Shown here: one piece after another, positions 38,296 through 53,264 of the stretch
How the letters are laid out: the number at the start of each line of letters is the position of its first letter
Numbering within the stretch: position 1 is the stretch's first letter
NCBI GenBank assembly: GCA_012295275.1
Contig: CM022670.1
Coordinates: forward strand, 23,188,001 to 23,252,000
Length of the DNA: 64,000 nt
Source of the DNA: Chrysomallon squamiferum
Lineage: Eukaryota > Animalia > Mollusca
Reading direction: 5' to 3'
The notes under the pieces: generated by a model
The model's database searches: none
Told to the model about the DNA's origin: nothing
What the model saw: only the letters and a program-made list of their open reading frames with translations
Position numbers and translations under genes: made by a program

Positions 38296-39114
38296 CCGTG
38301 TGATTTGTCTGAAAACACAGCATTATGTCTTTATCTTGCACTCTGTTTGCAGCTGGATTGTTTGGGGGTGTCTAAGTCTGTAAACTAATTGATTTGCAGT
38401 CACGATACAGAGGCGAATATAAAATACAAAAACGGAGCCACAAAGCTTCATGCGAATCTACCAGACACTGGATTTATTGTAATGGAGGTCGGAGCAATAC
38501 AAGTTATATTGAAACAAGTTTTGATCCCAATTCATCATCAACTATTCGGCGTGAAATTCAATTGGGAGCAATCGATGTACATCAGCATTTTGCTAGTCAC
38601 AGCGTTGTTTGCAAACTGATCTTCACTGGCCCCCAATACTCCTCTCGCATAAATCGACAAGAAATTTCAATATTTTTATTATCATTTTTTTTTTTTTATC
38701 TAGAAATAAAACAGGGAACTGAACATTTTATGAAGAATGGCTGTTAAAGAACGCTCGGTAATTTCATTTTCACTACCTCCATGACGAAATTATTTTCTTT
38801 TCATTTTGTTGTATATGTTTGTAGATGTGCCTGAAATTGTGATCTATACGATGTTATTTCGTATGTAGCAGAACTAATTTTATATTTGATAATCTCCTAT
38901 ATCGGAAAGAACAGCAAACAATGACAAAAAGAGGGGATCGATATACATAAAAAAAATTGTTTTTGATATTTGTTTTTAATCTTCTTAATTCAAGGAAATT
39001 TTTCCCCAAGTCTATTTTTAGCTGAACAGATCATTCGGTCTAACAGATAAACAGACATATATTTTATTTGTAACAATAATAAATAATAATAATAATAATA
39101 ATAATAAAAATAAA

Positions 39115-39147
<33 letters not shown>

Positions 39148-41211
39148 AATAATAATAATATACATTCATCCTAATTAATATAAAAATGACTACTTGTGGA
39201 CTGACACAGAAAAAAAAAAAAAAAAAAAAAACGGGTTAGTGATTGAGATAAGTACGGCTTGATCAAACCTTGTACTGTTTAGACTTCAGATTTAACATCT
39301 AAAACAGATATCTCTCTCAGTCCTGCCTGACTTCAATATCACTAAGTGATACGTCTGCACTTACAAAGGCTGGTGGATCTTCAGTTAATTTGCATTTAAT
39401 CAGCCAAATATCCGAGTATAGCCAAACAATCACACGATTAAAGAGCAGCGCAGGATTAGGTGCAATGATTCAGAGACTGACACCACGCTGGCTTTGATGG
39501 CATGAAACATCATCTGACCCGACAAGACTTTAGAATCGAGCAATCAACGCATTATTTCGAGTAACGTGAGTTGACGGTCTAAACACAACGCTTTAAGTTA
39601 GAGATCCTTCATGTGTTTTGAGGCATTAAAACTTTTTATCAGATGGTTTTTGTTTAAAACGAGTATCGATTTATGGTAGGTCCGCCAAGGCTTCAAAAGG
39701 TATGTGAAGTGTTTTACACATGGGCGCCAGTTTTTTTTTGTGGTTTTTTTTTTTTTTTTTTTTTTCACAGAGTGCTTGCTACATCTTTATAAAAGAATTG
39801 CAGCCTAATGATGCGAAGTATGACACACCACAGATACACATCAAAGAGTCGTAACATTTACTTCGTTATATTTTAACTTTAATTAACCTTACATTTACAG
39901 TCGCCAATGACTTATCTGAATGATAATAAAACGAGTTTGTATTTTTTAAACTTTTCTATATATATATATATATATATATATATGATAGACATGTTTTTGT
40001 ACAGTTTCTGAGTCGTAAGAGAGGTTTTGTTCTGGTGTCAGTAAATATTTAAAAACAGTTGTGAGAGATGTGTAGAAAAAAGAGCAGATCGTGATGTCTC
40101 TGTTCTTGATGAAAAGAATCATCATTTAGTATATGAATGATCTCCTTAACGAAAACTGTTAAGTATCAAAACTGTTTTGATATATGTATATGTCTGGTAT
40201 AGTCAAAGAAAAGAATGTAGATGTATTTTCCTTGTGTTAAAAAAAGAATTGATGTATAGAAGTATAATTTGTAAATTCATTTGGATCTATAAAGATGTGA
40301 ATTTAGTACTCTGTCTTTGTCTTACGCATAAAAAAGATTTAATGGTTGTATGAGTATAATATGAATAAAATAAAACATTTTGTGTATATCTGCTTGGTGT
40401 GGATTAAAAAAAGTTAGTCAATAAATTCATATGATGTCTTTGAACAAATGTATGTAGTGTTCTCAGTTTTCCTGCTGTTTTATAATTAGCTATGGATATA
40501 TTTAATTTGCACTGAAAGAACTTTGTAAAGATTTTTCAGTTTGGATGTATATAAAAAAGAAAAATTAAAGGTTCTCAGTAAGCATTATGTTAACAAACGT
40601 TTGGTGAATGGATTCATCTGCTGTTAAAAAGTGTTTGGTTTCTATGGTGTTAACTCAAAAATAGTCTGGTTACATCTGGTAATTATAAAGATGTAAATTT
40701 AATATTCTGTGTTTGCCTGGTATTTAAAAATAATTCAGTGAATGGATGCATCTAGTATGTACAGAATTAATAATGTTTATCTGAAAAAGAAAAGAGTTAA
40801 ATATAAACATACACACAGAAACCAGAACAATTTCTCTTATTGTCTTACATTTATTTCTTGAATAACATTTATGGCATATGTACACTGTATATGAACACAC
40901 ACACAAACACGCACATAAATTATAAGACGCTGTAACATACAGCGAATTTGCTTCTGTATTGTGTATTTATAAACTTCTTTGATATCTGTAAACGGAATGT
41001 CCTTGTTATAGCCATGAACAAATAAACAAAGGAGATCTCAGAGAATATATTCAAACTTTGAAAATCTTGTCATTTCAGTGTGTTTTGTGTTTATGTAACA
41101 TAAACCTCGGTTTTGTGTTCAGATAATCAAGCTAGTATTCTAAACTTAATGAAGTATAATGAACAATAGTTTTATCAGTGTCTGTGATATTATTTTATTC
41201 TTAGCACAATT

Positions 41212-41319
41212 CCTGAGTCTGTAGAGAGGTATTAATCAGGTTCACTTTTTTAAAATTAATATACATATACATTAATTTTAATAAACTCAACCTGAATAAT
41301 GCCTCACTAAAGACTCAGG
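41212..41319. repeat. Imperfect 108-bp hairpin
   Basis: Left arm cctgagtctgtagagaggtattaatcaggttcacttttttaaaattaat pairs with right arm attaattttaataaactcaacctgaataatgcctcactaaagactcagg (about 49 bp, ~7 mismatches, 10-nt loop). Confidence 0.85.
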
Positions 41320-41564
41320 CATCCATCCATATACATACATATATATATATAATCAAAACGTATAGAATATAAGTATAATAAGAGTAATAATTTTCCGTTA
41401 TTTCATACATTTTATTTATCTATAATTTAGCAATTCAAAAATAATAACTACCCAGTAATATAATTATTAATGATGACGCTAATAGCGATGAATATTGTGA
41501 TGCTGATGATGATATTACCAACAAAAGCAGTATGAAGTAAAATAACATTATTATCATCAAGAGC

Positions 41565-41615
<51 letters not shown>

Positions 41616-41696
41616 TTATTAGTATATTTTATTCTTTAACATTGACTGTTCATGAAAATGTCACAAACTCGTTTCATCCAAAATAATTATCTTAAC

Positions 41697-41734
<38 letters not shown>

Positions 41735-43456
41735 GTTTGGAAGCCATTTTTGTTATGAATTTCCAGAGGATTATTTCAGTTAGTCTAAGATCATTTCCAA
41801 TGTTTGAGTCGTAATTCGTAATAGCTGAGTATTACGTGAGGCTTTCCGCCATGTTGTTTTTGTTTAATTTTATGTCATTCCATGTCCTGTAGGATTCAGA
41901 AAATAAATTACCGGAAGTAATATTATTTTTCTTCTTTTTTTTTTTTTTTTTATTTTGGAGGGGACGAAAATTCGTTGGAACCGAAAGAGAAGAAGAAGAA
42001 AAGCTACTGCAGGGTTTTTTTTTTTTGTCTTCAGAATTTTAATTTATGAGTGAAACTGACTATTTTTTTTCCCCCGATTTTAATGCAAGTTATTTTAGAA
42101 GTTCGCCTGTCTTTAATTTACTCCTAATTATACAGGTAATTAGCGAGCGGAAGTGTGCCGTTCAGTTTCTAAAACTGTAAGTGGATTCTTAAATAATGCA
42201 ATCTGGTCTAAATGTCTTTTCCGTAATAAAGCATTAATTCTAATTGCTCAAGAAAGAAAGAAGAAGAAGAAAAAAAAAAAGAGAAAAGAAAGAAAAAAAA
42301 ACACACCAAAAAACCCCAAACGAAAACCACAAAGGAAAAACATTCAGCCCTTCGTTGTGTTTCTAGTTCACTCTTTTGGTTAATACATTTCTAAACCTAC
42401 GAGTGGATTTGTAGTTAATATACTACTATGACTTAAATAGCTTCTTAAAAATATACGTTAATTCTGTTTCATATATATAGATATATATATGTGTGAGTGT
42501 CTGTGTATGTGCTTATGTTACTACTGTTGTTGTTGTGGCGGTGGTGAGACACGGATGTCAAATTTATGTTAATTTTAAAACATTTCACATTTTCAAACCG
42601 TGTCGTTTATTTGTATTTGCTATTTTGTGTGGAAGTTTACATCACGGACCTTTATATATATATATAATTTCAGTCTGAATAATTATTTCTGTAATATGAA
42701 AAGCATAGAAAGATAGATTCATTTCTGCACAAGAAAATTAATATTGTAGAAATGTATGAAGATGACCATAGTGATAAAACGAATAACAACAACAATGACA
42801 GTAATGATAAGGAGTAAGGAGATGATAATGAGGATGATGATGATAATGATGACGGTAACAATCTAGTAATACTGATGATGATAATAATAATAAAATACCG
42901 TTAAAATAAGATAATGATAAAAGCAATAATAATAATAATAATGATGATGATTAGTTTATGATGATGATGATGATGATGATGATTACGACGATGATGATAA
43001 TAATCCTGTAAAATAAAAACAGTCGTGTTAACTCTTAAATTTTTACTTTTTATTTTTTTTTAAATTTTTATGCTGCAACGTGTATCTTGAAAATGGGGTG
43101 TGAAATTACTGGGAGATAAAATCAGGTGTTGTCGTAATGCTGTAATTTGCTGCAAACAGATGTCTTCCTGGAAGTCGTACTTGATCGCCAGTAAGCCACT
43201 TCACAGATCAGTGCTGTCCGAGCGCGAATCGAAGTAATTCCACAGAAAAGAATATTAGTCCGTCGACAATCTTCTTACTCCGTAGATTCCATCTCTTACA
43301 TTAGTACACGAGATACTGAGTCAACGTCTAGCTAGTGATGACGATTATGATGATGATAATAATAATAACAACAATAACAACAATAATAACAATAATAATA
43401 TAGCTTAATAATAATAATAATTATCATCATTATTGTCAGTATTATTGTCATCATCG

Positions 43457-43495
<39 letters not shown>

Positions 43496-45456
43496 CGGTA
43501 ATCGATATTTTTCTTTAATTTGCCCATCACAATGATGGCATACTTTTTATCTTTTCTTTTTTCCTTTTTTTTTTTTTTCTTTCTGAAATCAAACGCTGAT
43601 TTGCTTAAATCGCAAAACATCATTAGAATCAGAACCTTGTGTAGATATCAGTTTAAGTACGAACGATCATGGCTAATTTGGACAGAAATTACAGCCGTTT
43701 TTTTATTTTTTATTATATATTTTTTATAATTATTTTTCTTCCCCCTCCAAAAAAATGATGAAGTGTAAATTATGACTTCACCGCCAAACGGTCCATATGG
43801 ATGGTTCCTCTTCTCTTTGGAACACAAAAATACTTAAGACGCTATTAAAACTAAGTAAATCAAGGTGTAATGACAAATCGATATCTCAGATACCGTTCAC
43901 GAACAAATGTAGGGAGACTTAACGTTACATTCGACAACTCCAGCTTTATGAAGCTGATAGATTGGGGCAGTCATCTGAAGAAGAATGGCGGCCGGGTGAT
44001 TATCTATGTTGATTTTCGTGCTCTCTATCAACAATACGTAGATCAATAGCGGTAGGCCGTGAACGTGGCTTGTTAGAGCTTTTTCTTTAAAGTGCCATCT
44101 ATCAGTGTACTCCGCTAACGAGGTGTCAATCAAACGCGAGTATCGGCATCACATAGGGGCTTACAGTAAACCAATAAGTAACGACGGGAAAGAGAAAGTA
44201 ATCAGGACAAATCCGTGTTACACGTATAATGACTTTTGATCATCGCGTCCTGGAACAGCGAGGTCGTCTTTGTTCAAAACGCTAAACCTGACTGGTGTTT
44301 TGAAACTGCTTTCAGTTTTGTCTCTTCAGAATAGTTCTTTCTTAGCTTGCGAATCCCGTTTACGGCATAATTCATAATGAGGTTAAAAACTGTACATTTT
44401 TTTTTATATATATATTTAATATCATAATCTATGTAGTTTTACCGGGAGACATTATTTGTTGTGTATGCTAGTAATGAGAATATAATTTACTTGACGGAAG
44501 TTAACCACAGAATCAAACTATCAATCAAGATCGCATATTACAAAACATTTTTATTATTATTATAACTATTGTCATTTTCATTTCAAAAATGTATGTTCAT
44601 CAGATGTATATATGTATATTAAAGAGAGAGAGAGAGAGATTTCGAAACCCTCACAGTCTGTTAATTATATTAAACAATTTACAAATGTGACGTTTATTTT
44701 TACCACCATTTTATGTCTATGTCTTATTATATCTAAGTTTTTTTAGTTTACACTGTAAAGCACCTTTGAACTTACTTTGGAAAACATACTATATAAATAT
44801 GGTATAATAATAATAATAATAATAATAATATATAATACTATTACATATACACAGTACGATACATTGTATGCTTGAATACATATCTTGTGTCTGTGTGTGT
44901 TATTAAGTTGTAAGCGGATTTGGTCTAACAATACAATACGATTACTGACACATAAAAGAATGACTAAAACATGAAAGACAGAGGGACTCGAGCACAAGAT
45001 TCCATGATTCAGCATCTGAACAAATCCGAGAAATTTTGACTCCATACGTTTCAGCGTCTGACAAATCTGTGTCTCCGGAGAGCGATAGGATCAGAGGAAT
45101 TACACGTGTTTGTGGCTCTTTGTTTGTCACTGTGAAAAATGGTAGGGATACTATAGGAATAAGCCTCTTTTAATGACAAGGTCTTCGAAATGTCACGACA
45201 CTAACTTGAGCTTTCTCGTGACTTAGTGACACATGGCAGTAACAATCTTTCACAGTACTGATGGCTTGAGTATTCTGCTGGAATCTTAACGACAGTGCAA
45301 TGAAATAATTAATATCCTAGAATATTTTCTTTCTCACACCCACTCTCTATCTCAAACGTTCACTCAGTCGCTCTCTCACATACTCACTGAAATGGTCTCT
45401 CTCACACTCATTCACACATTCATTCTGATACACACTCACTCAATTTCTCACACACA

Positions 45457-45460
<4 letters not shown>

Positions 45461-45540
<80 letters not shown>
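45461..45540. repeat. (CT)n(CA)n microsatellite
   Basis: Read directly from the sequence. Confidence 0.95.
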
Positions 45541-48500
45541 TACACTCACTCATTCTCTTACACTATCTCTCACTCACCTCTTCTGGAATGGATTAATGAT
45601 GTAACAGATACGTTGTTGAATTTTAACTGATTTATTTTATCCGACTTTCAAAACAGACGCATATGTCACTCTTATTTGAACGTCTGAAAATATAAAACCA
45701 AATATCAAATGTACTATTTATTAATTTATTCTATCCCTTTCATGTTACTTGCTTTATTTTATTTCCAGAAAGAACAGGTCTATGAATATAACATTTCTCT
45801 TGAAGAATGATATACAACGGTTATTCTCTTCGCGATTGGTAATAAGAAAATAATATATCTGCATTAAGAGAAATCAGAGGAACCATACATATAATAAAAT
45901 ATACATGTACTTTTCAAAGTTCGGGCACTTAATTGAATATTGGCTTTGTTGGAATTCGGAATAAATAACGTGGTCTGTATCACATATTAATAAACATTGG
46001 GAGATAAATACAAATAAGCCCACGTTAGCACGAGCAGAATGGAAATTCACTTTTCTCCTGTCACTCAAACTGTAGACTCTATTTTATACAAACTGATGAA
46101 TTCTATTCACGCACTGATTGGTACTGTCTGAACAATTTCTTTTCTGCAAAGTGTCCAAAATGGATAACATACCTCGAAGCCAAGGCGGAATAGGAATATA
46201 TTTTTGCTTTGCATGGAATGGAATACTCTCAGTTCAGTACGTGTCAGAAACATGTCGCGTGGCAAAAAAAAAAAAGAAAAAAAAAAGAAGGAAAAACAAA
46301 ATCGATGTTGTTTCTTTGTTTGTTTTACCCAAAGTAGCAGACACTTAGAGAAACAAGATATCATATGATATAAAAAGTATAGTTTGCACTTAGTAGCTGA
46401 AAAAGAAAAAAAATCGTTATATATAATAAAATGTGAAGAAATAAGAACAAAGATAAATAACGTTATTTTTTTTTTTTCGTCTTTGAAAGTCAGTTACTTG
46501 ATCATTACAAATACACCGACCTGTGTGTTTGTTCGATTATATTAGTATATATGTTTCCTCACACATTAAGGCATTTGTTTAAGATTTTGGGTTTACAAAA
46601 TATAATTTGATCCCAGTAAACTTTCTACCAGTGAACAAATGTATAGTTATTACAAAATGTACATTAACTTAATTTATAAAACAGCGCGAACAAAATAATG
46701 AAAAAAGATAAATGCTGTCAATAAAAAAAAAAAAAAAAAAAAAAAAAAACGTTGACAAATGAGATAAAAATCGAATTATAAAACACAACTAAAACGATAA
46801 ATAAACATATTAAAATTAAAAATCATTTTTTGTTTTTATGCAAAGATAAAAATGTCTGTACATAATGAAATAATATAAAATATTTAATTTAAAATTTAAC
46901 GTTTCAGGACAAGGAGAGGTCAGTTCTGTTTGGTTAACCTTTCTCTCAAAACAGTTATGAAAAGTATGAAACGATATTGAAATGACAGGAATGTCTGAAC
47001 TCAAATCTTCCCGCAGATTCTTTTCCTAGCAGTGTCTTTAGCTGCAGTATATCGGTTACTTGACTTCAAAAGAGTAAACTTTTTAAACATCTCAAACTTG
47101 TCTTTCGTGGCGATTCCCTTTATGACGTGGAGGAATCGACATAAGACGGACGAGGTTACCGTTCTCTGTGGGGAAATCGCACACTCGGATTCAGCACTCC
47201 TGGGACCACGAACCTTCCATGCAAGTCAACCACGCTGCCAAGCTGGCACACACAAAAAAAAAAGCATATGTCAGATTTGTTTCCAATTTGTTTTCCGAAT
47301 ACCTGTCTCTGACTGATCCGAGTGTTAAGCATATTCTGTGCTTTAAGTACATATCCTGTTGTCTTTTCCCTGTTTACGCCATGAGAAATAAGTCCCTTAG
47401 GTATGATTTATTCTTGTTTTTTTTTTTTGCCATCGGTTCTTTTCGTGAAAACGTAGTCTTGATAGATCATTTGTCTAAAAGCTCCTCCCAGCCAGGGCGA
47501 AGTAAATACCCCAGCATGTGTTAAATGAATTGTTGTTTGGCGGAAATCATTACGCCGAGAAGAAAAAAGAGAGCCATAATAACGAAGAACTATTTTATGT
47601 TTGACAGCTCACATCGATAATGTACGAGTAGAAGTAAATGTTAAGATTTTAATGAATCTGTGAAGTAATTACCTGTAACAGACCTGTAGGTGTTTATTAA
47701 TGTGTATTGTTGAAGATAAATAATCTAGTGTAATATATGTTATCCATTATACACAAAAAAGAAAAAAAAAAAAAAAGTTAATGGAAATAACCGAGAAATG
47801 TTTTATTTCAAACGGATCTATGCAATGATCAAAATTGTAGAAATGTTAAAGCATTGAACTAGAATTGAAACGAACATTGTGTGTATATATGTGATCTCTG
47901 TTTTAAAAGAAAAAAAAAAGTAGACAAGTACACTAAACACATACATAAAATGTATATAAATGTTTACAGGTTTAGGCACTCTGTTACATGCTTGTTTCAA
48001 TAATCTTAAATAAAAATAACTGTCATTATTATTTTTTGTTCTTTCGTTAGTTATTCTTCATTACTACATTCCATTATTTCATTCCCATATTTTCTATTTG
48101 TTGTTGTTGTTCATTAATTTTCATCGTTTTTCTTTATGTTTCTTAATAAATAAGCAGGTAAATAAATAAACAAACACCGTAAACGAAAACTCTAAACTTT
48201 AGATCAAAGACAAATTGTATTATTTGGCCTGACGTAAAGCAACTGGTTAAAAATTAATCTTCTTTGACTCTCAGTTTTCAAGCAGAAAAACTACAAAAGA
48301 AAATAAAAGAAAACTGATTACAAAAACCCTAACAGATTAATGTTCTTAGAATTTTCAAGGCTGTGACTTAATTATCCGGAGTGAAACCAACGAAAATCCA
48401 ATGATTATCACTGATGAAAACTACGGTGTTTCATGAGGACGCATTTTCGCCATGATTGTCAATTACGTTTATTAGCTGTCTTCTTCCAGACAATACACAA

Positions 48501-48923
48501 ACATTACCAGAATTATGTGAATCAGAATATTTAAGAATTGCATGCGGCTGGAATGCAGGTGTTTCGCATGACGATCCCATGTGGCAAATGCTGGCAAAGA
48601 GAAAGGAGAGTAGAAAAAAAAGAAGAAAAAAAAACATTTTACAATGACTAATACACAATATTAGCATCATAATTAGAGGGAAATATTTAAAAAACATTGC
48701 TTAGAAAAGAAAAAAAAAGAATAAGATGAAGAAGAAGATTAATCAAGATTATGTTGACTTGCTAAATAAGTTTTCAGTTTATGATAATAAATTCCCTGTA
48801 ACTAAGATTAAAATCACGTAAGTTAGCTTCCTCCACTCGCAGAGATACAATGGTAGTATTATTATTTTAAGTCTCGAATTGTTTTTAATCGTAATATTAT
48901 TATTAATATTAATATTATTATTA

Positions 48924-48967
<44 letters not shown>

Positions 48968-50970
48968 TGTCTTTATTCTTTCGTGAAATAATAATTCAGT
49001 TATCAAATCTTCTATAAGTAATAAACATTATAACAAAATATATCTTTAAGTTTGCAACAACAACAGCAGTGAATACAAATAATCCTTGTCAAGGTAACAA
49101 TAAAAACGGAAGAGAACGTCCCCTTGTATTCAGCGTTATAAAACGTCACTACAGACGAACTTGAAAGTTGAGATTTTCTGAGTTCAAACAGCGATGCAGC
49201 GTCTGTAAGATGTCATTTTAGACGAAATAGAGGGAATCTGACGAGTTATTATGTCAGCAAATTAAACAGACGTAATTTGAAATTTAATAAATACAGCTAA
49301 TGCGCTACTGGAGACTGGAGGAAAAGCTAAATTTCTAATATCCCTAACATGCCGTGCAGCCACGCGGAAATTTGTCCTTGAGGGCCAGAAACCAATTGCT
49401 GGTTTGACGAGGATCGCGGGCGGGTGGGGACTGCCTGCAAAATGAGGCGTGCATCAAAAGCCTATTATTTCTCCAAGACACAGGAAAAACAAAGGAATCG
49501 GGACTGATCGTGCAAATGAGCGTTTTTGCGCTTGTTAGGAGATAGATCGTGCATGAAGTACGTGAGTCAGCCGAGGTCATTTTAATAACCATATTTCTGC
49601 CTCGTTTCGCTGGAGGGGACACGGAGGATGTGTCGTATAGCAAGCTAAGTGAGGTGTTAACCAAGTAGCAGCAAAACATGTTAGTAAACTGACAAATAAC
49701 TCGCTAATAGGGTTTGGACAGTCATCGGCGCTTCAGGCTACGCCAGTTTGATTTTTGGTAGGTGGGGCTTCCTTTAGAAGGATAACGAAGAAAGGAAAAA
49801 AAAAAAAAAGAAAGAAAGAAAGAAAAAAAAAGAACAGCTGTGTCCTTTAATTTGTGGTCCAAAAATTCGTTAAAATGTAAGAAAATGAAAATGAAAAAAG
49901 TAAATGTATGTGTTTATTTTCTTCGAACTTTTCGTCTTTTAATTTTTCTTTTTTTTAAAGAACACACACAGAATTTTTTTTTTTAATTATGAACAATATT
50001 TGTGTGTGTTCTTGTGTGTGTTTATGTTTGAGAGTGTCGTTATTCAGCTATCATCTTGTATGGGAGCATGTAAACATTCGTGAGCTTGGATGGTTATCAA
50101 AATATATAATATCTGTGTGTATTTCTTCTCAGTTTCTGATAGTGTTTTAAATATATTTTAGCAGCTGTAGTAGTAACAATACTATGAACAACAACAATTA
50201 GTAAAAAAAAAAAAAAAATAATTAACATATATTTTTCTGAATTCAAAATTGTTTAACTTTAAAAATTCCTATTGCATGTACTCACCAACATCATGCAGAG
50301 AAAACAGTTTAGAAATAAGACAAGTACATTTCTATTTATTTAGTGTGTGTTTTTTTTCCTTGCTGGTTTGTGTCTAAGTACAAAGATATATTGTCTTTAC
50401 CGCGCTTGCATCTAGGCATGTAATTAACTCCAAATACGAATCAACGCAACCTAAGACTGAAAATCCAGGTGAGGAAAGAATGAAAACAAAGCAACACAAT
50501 CTGTATTGTCAATCAGAATGCCATGTTCGAGACTGTAAAGTTTTGTTTAGTATGTGAGTCTGTCTTGTTTGTGCCAACACGGAGAGAGCGATTTGTATTG
50601 AGAATCCCACAAACGCGGTATATGTAGCGTTGCTAACATGGTTGAAGACTATTTCTCACACACAGAAAAATTTCAAAAAGATGGATTGAACAGACAGATA
50701 ATACATCTTTTTAGACTCGGTTTTTCAAAAGCATGTGTACGTAGGCAATTACCGAACAGAGAAAGAAAATAAAAAAATAAAAAATAAAACCAATATAAAT
50801 ACATATTTAATTGCAAACATGTGTATGTGCGTGTTAACATACGTATTTATTACACATGACACACACATACATACAACCATTTACGTAGATAAACGCTTAA
50901 CATTAACATAACATGCAAATACTTACAAATACTTACAGATTCACACAACATACATACATATTTGCAAAAG

Positions 50971-51002
<32 letters not shown>

Positions 51003-51028
51003 GCTAGATACACATAAATGCACAAACG

Positions 51029-51100
51029 CACATATTTCCGTACATACAAAGAGACAGACGCACATATTTCCGTACATACAAAGAGACAGACACACATATT
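51029..51100. repeat. 32-bp tandem duplication
   Basis: cacatatttccgtacatacaaagagacaga occurs twice, followed by a partial third copy. Confidence 0.8.
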
Positions 51101-51164
51101 TTATTAGGTCACTGAAAACTAAATAAATTCGTTTTCTAATAGCTGCCTGTAAATTAACAAGAAA

Positions 51165-51199
<35 letters not shown>

Positions 51200-53181
51200 C
51201 ATCAGCTTTATATTAATTCATTCATTCGTTAAGTAATTAATTTAAAACTCCATTCATACATTTTGTTAATTTATTTATTCACTGTATACCCTCAGCGAAT
51301 ATAAATCTTCCTAAATTATCGAATATCATTACATCTCAAATTAATGCTCAAAGAATCGGTTCTCTCGGATATCAAATTACAAAGCAAAAGTAAAATTATT
51401 TCTACCTGCAACAAAACGACTTGGCTGAAGATTGATTTCGGATACGCGTTTTGCAATGCAGCCATAGTGTGAAAGAAAACAAAACGAAATAAAATCCCGC
51501 TGGAAATAGACTCCAGTTTAGACGTTTGCTTGACTTTAATCGAGCGACAGAGTTTGTGACTGTACATCGTCATTAAAAATTAGCGTTCACAGTTTTATTT
51601 CTTTGATAAAGGATTATAATAACACGGTGTGAATGAATACCATAGAAAGGTAACTTGCCTGAAAATTGATAATCAGACATCTAAATAACGTTGTTGTTTT
51701 TTTTTCTCCGAGGAATGAATAAAACCAAGATAATGATGTTTGGGGTGCTCTTAGCAACGTGCTTGGTCTAATAAATGGTGACAGAAAGCAAACTGATTTT
51801 AACTACTTTTCTCTGATGTAATCAAAAATGTTGTGTTACGTAAAAATAAAGCAATTAGATATTTTGATATCGTAAAATATAGTGCGGTGTTTCGAATAGT
51901 TTTCTGAAAGAATCTAATATAATTTAATGTCATTTGATATGATGTGATACAGTACGATACATAGACATACGTACAATATATTTTACGATATATAACGCTT
52001 ATTTCTTAAAATATAATTTTATATATTTATCATTAACAAAATATAGCATGAAATCATGTAGCTAGATATTAAATAGATAATTATTCAAACCCGAAAACGA
52101 CAAGACATAAATAATGATATTGTATATAAACACATAACATAAATAATAATGCTTTATTTAAAACAATTGATACAAACAATGACAGTTTACGTAAACTCGA
52201 CATGACATAATAAGGTTGTGTCGTGCTCTGTGTAAAACCTGTCGTATATTAAAATCTAACATATAGTTATTACGTAACCAGGCGTCACGTGAACACAATT
52301 TATTTCAATTACGTAAGTATCGAGGTAACGTTGACCTAGTGACAGTATATCTATCATGCCTTATTACTGTCTTTTTCGGTGCATGCAGACCATTTATTAT
52401 ATTATTTTTCTAACATAAACATATTAATTTAATTAAAAAATAATAATAAAAAAAAAAAATTAAAAAATTAAAAAAATATATAAAAAGAAAAGAAAAGAAA
52501 AGAACAAAACAAAACGTGAAAATACACGATCTAAGAAACGTTTCATATAAAATTCTTGTCAGCAAGAAAATAAAGAGCGAAGGAAACTCGCGAACACGTT
52601 TTTTAAATACTTCACGTATTCTTGACAGTTAGTTGATAAAGACTGATTTATTCTGTACTCACACATTTACGAATCAGCACGGTGTTATAACATATTAGAA
52701 ACATACATGCGATTCTTAGCTTAATTGTGTCACACGGAAATGAACGAATCATGTTTTCTAGCCTTGTTTTGATGACAAATGTGAACAGAGTGTCACAATT
52801 TTAAGAAAATCAGATTTGTGTCTACAACAAATGTAAATAGTGACTCCTTTCACCGAAATCTAGACTAACAAAAATAAAAATTGATCTTATTAATTAACTA
52901 GACAGGTTTTTATGTTGTTAAGTATTTTATTTTATTTTTTTGATTTTTTTTTGTTTTTGTTTATAACGACACTGTTAGAACACATTCAGTTTAACAGTTG
53001 GCTAATAGTTGTCAGTATTTTGTATATCTGACAGTTTTGAGTTTCATCATAAGTATGCTAGTTAGCATTGATGTATACATGAAAGTTCTATGTGTGTTTC
53101 GGGTTAAACATTTTTAATGAAAGTTATAATCAGTGTAATAGTATTATTGTTTTTGTACACATGGCATCAGTGAAACGTCAG

Positions 53182-53264
53182 TAATGCTATCTTTGATGTA
53201 CTTAATATTTTATCTTTTTTCTGTTAAAAAAGATAAAATATTAAGTACATCAAAGATAGCATTA
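53182..53264. repeat. Perfect 39-bp-arm palindrome with a 5-nt loop
   Basis: taatgctatctttgatgtacttaatattttatctttttt - ctgtt - aaaaaagataaaatattaagtacatcaaagatagcatta. Confidence 0.95.

Noticed and set aside
41826-41845. TGAGTATTAC resembling the 5' end of miR-12
   Set aside because: Only 10 nt match, and the local stem is too short for a pre-miRNA.
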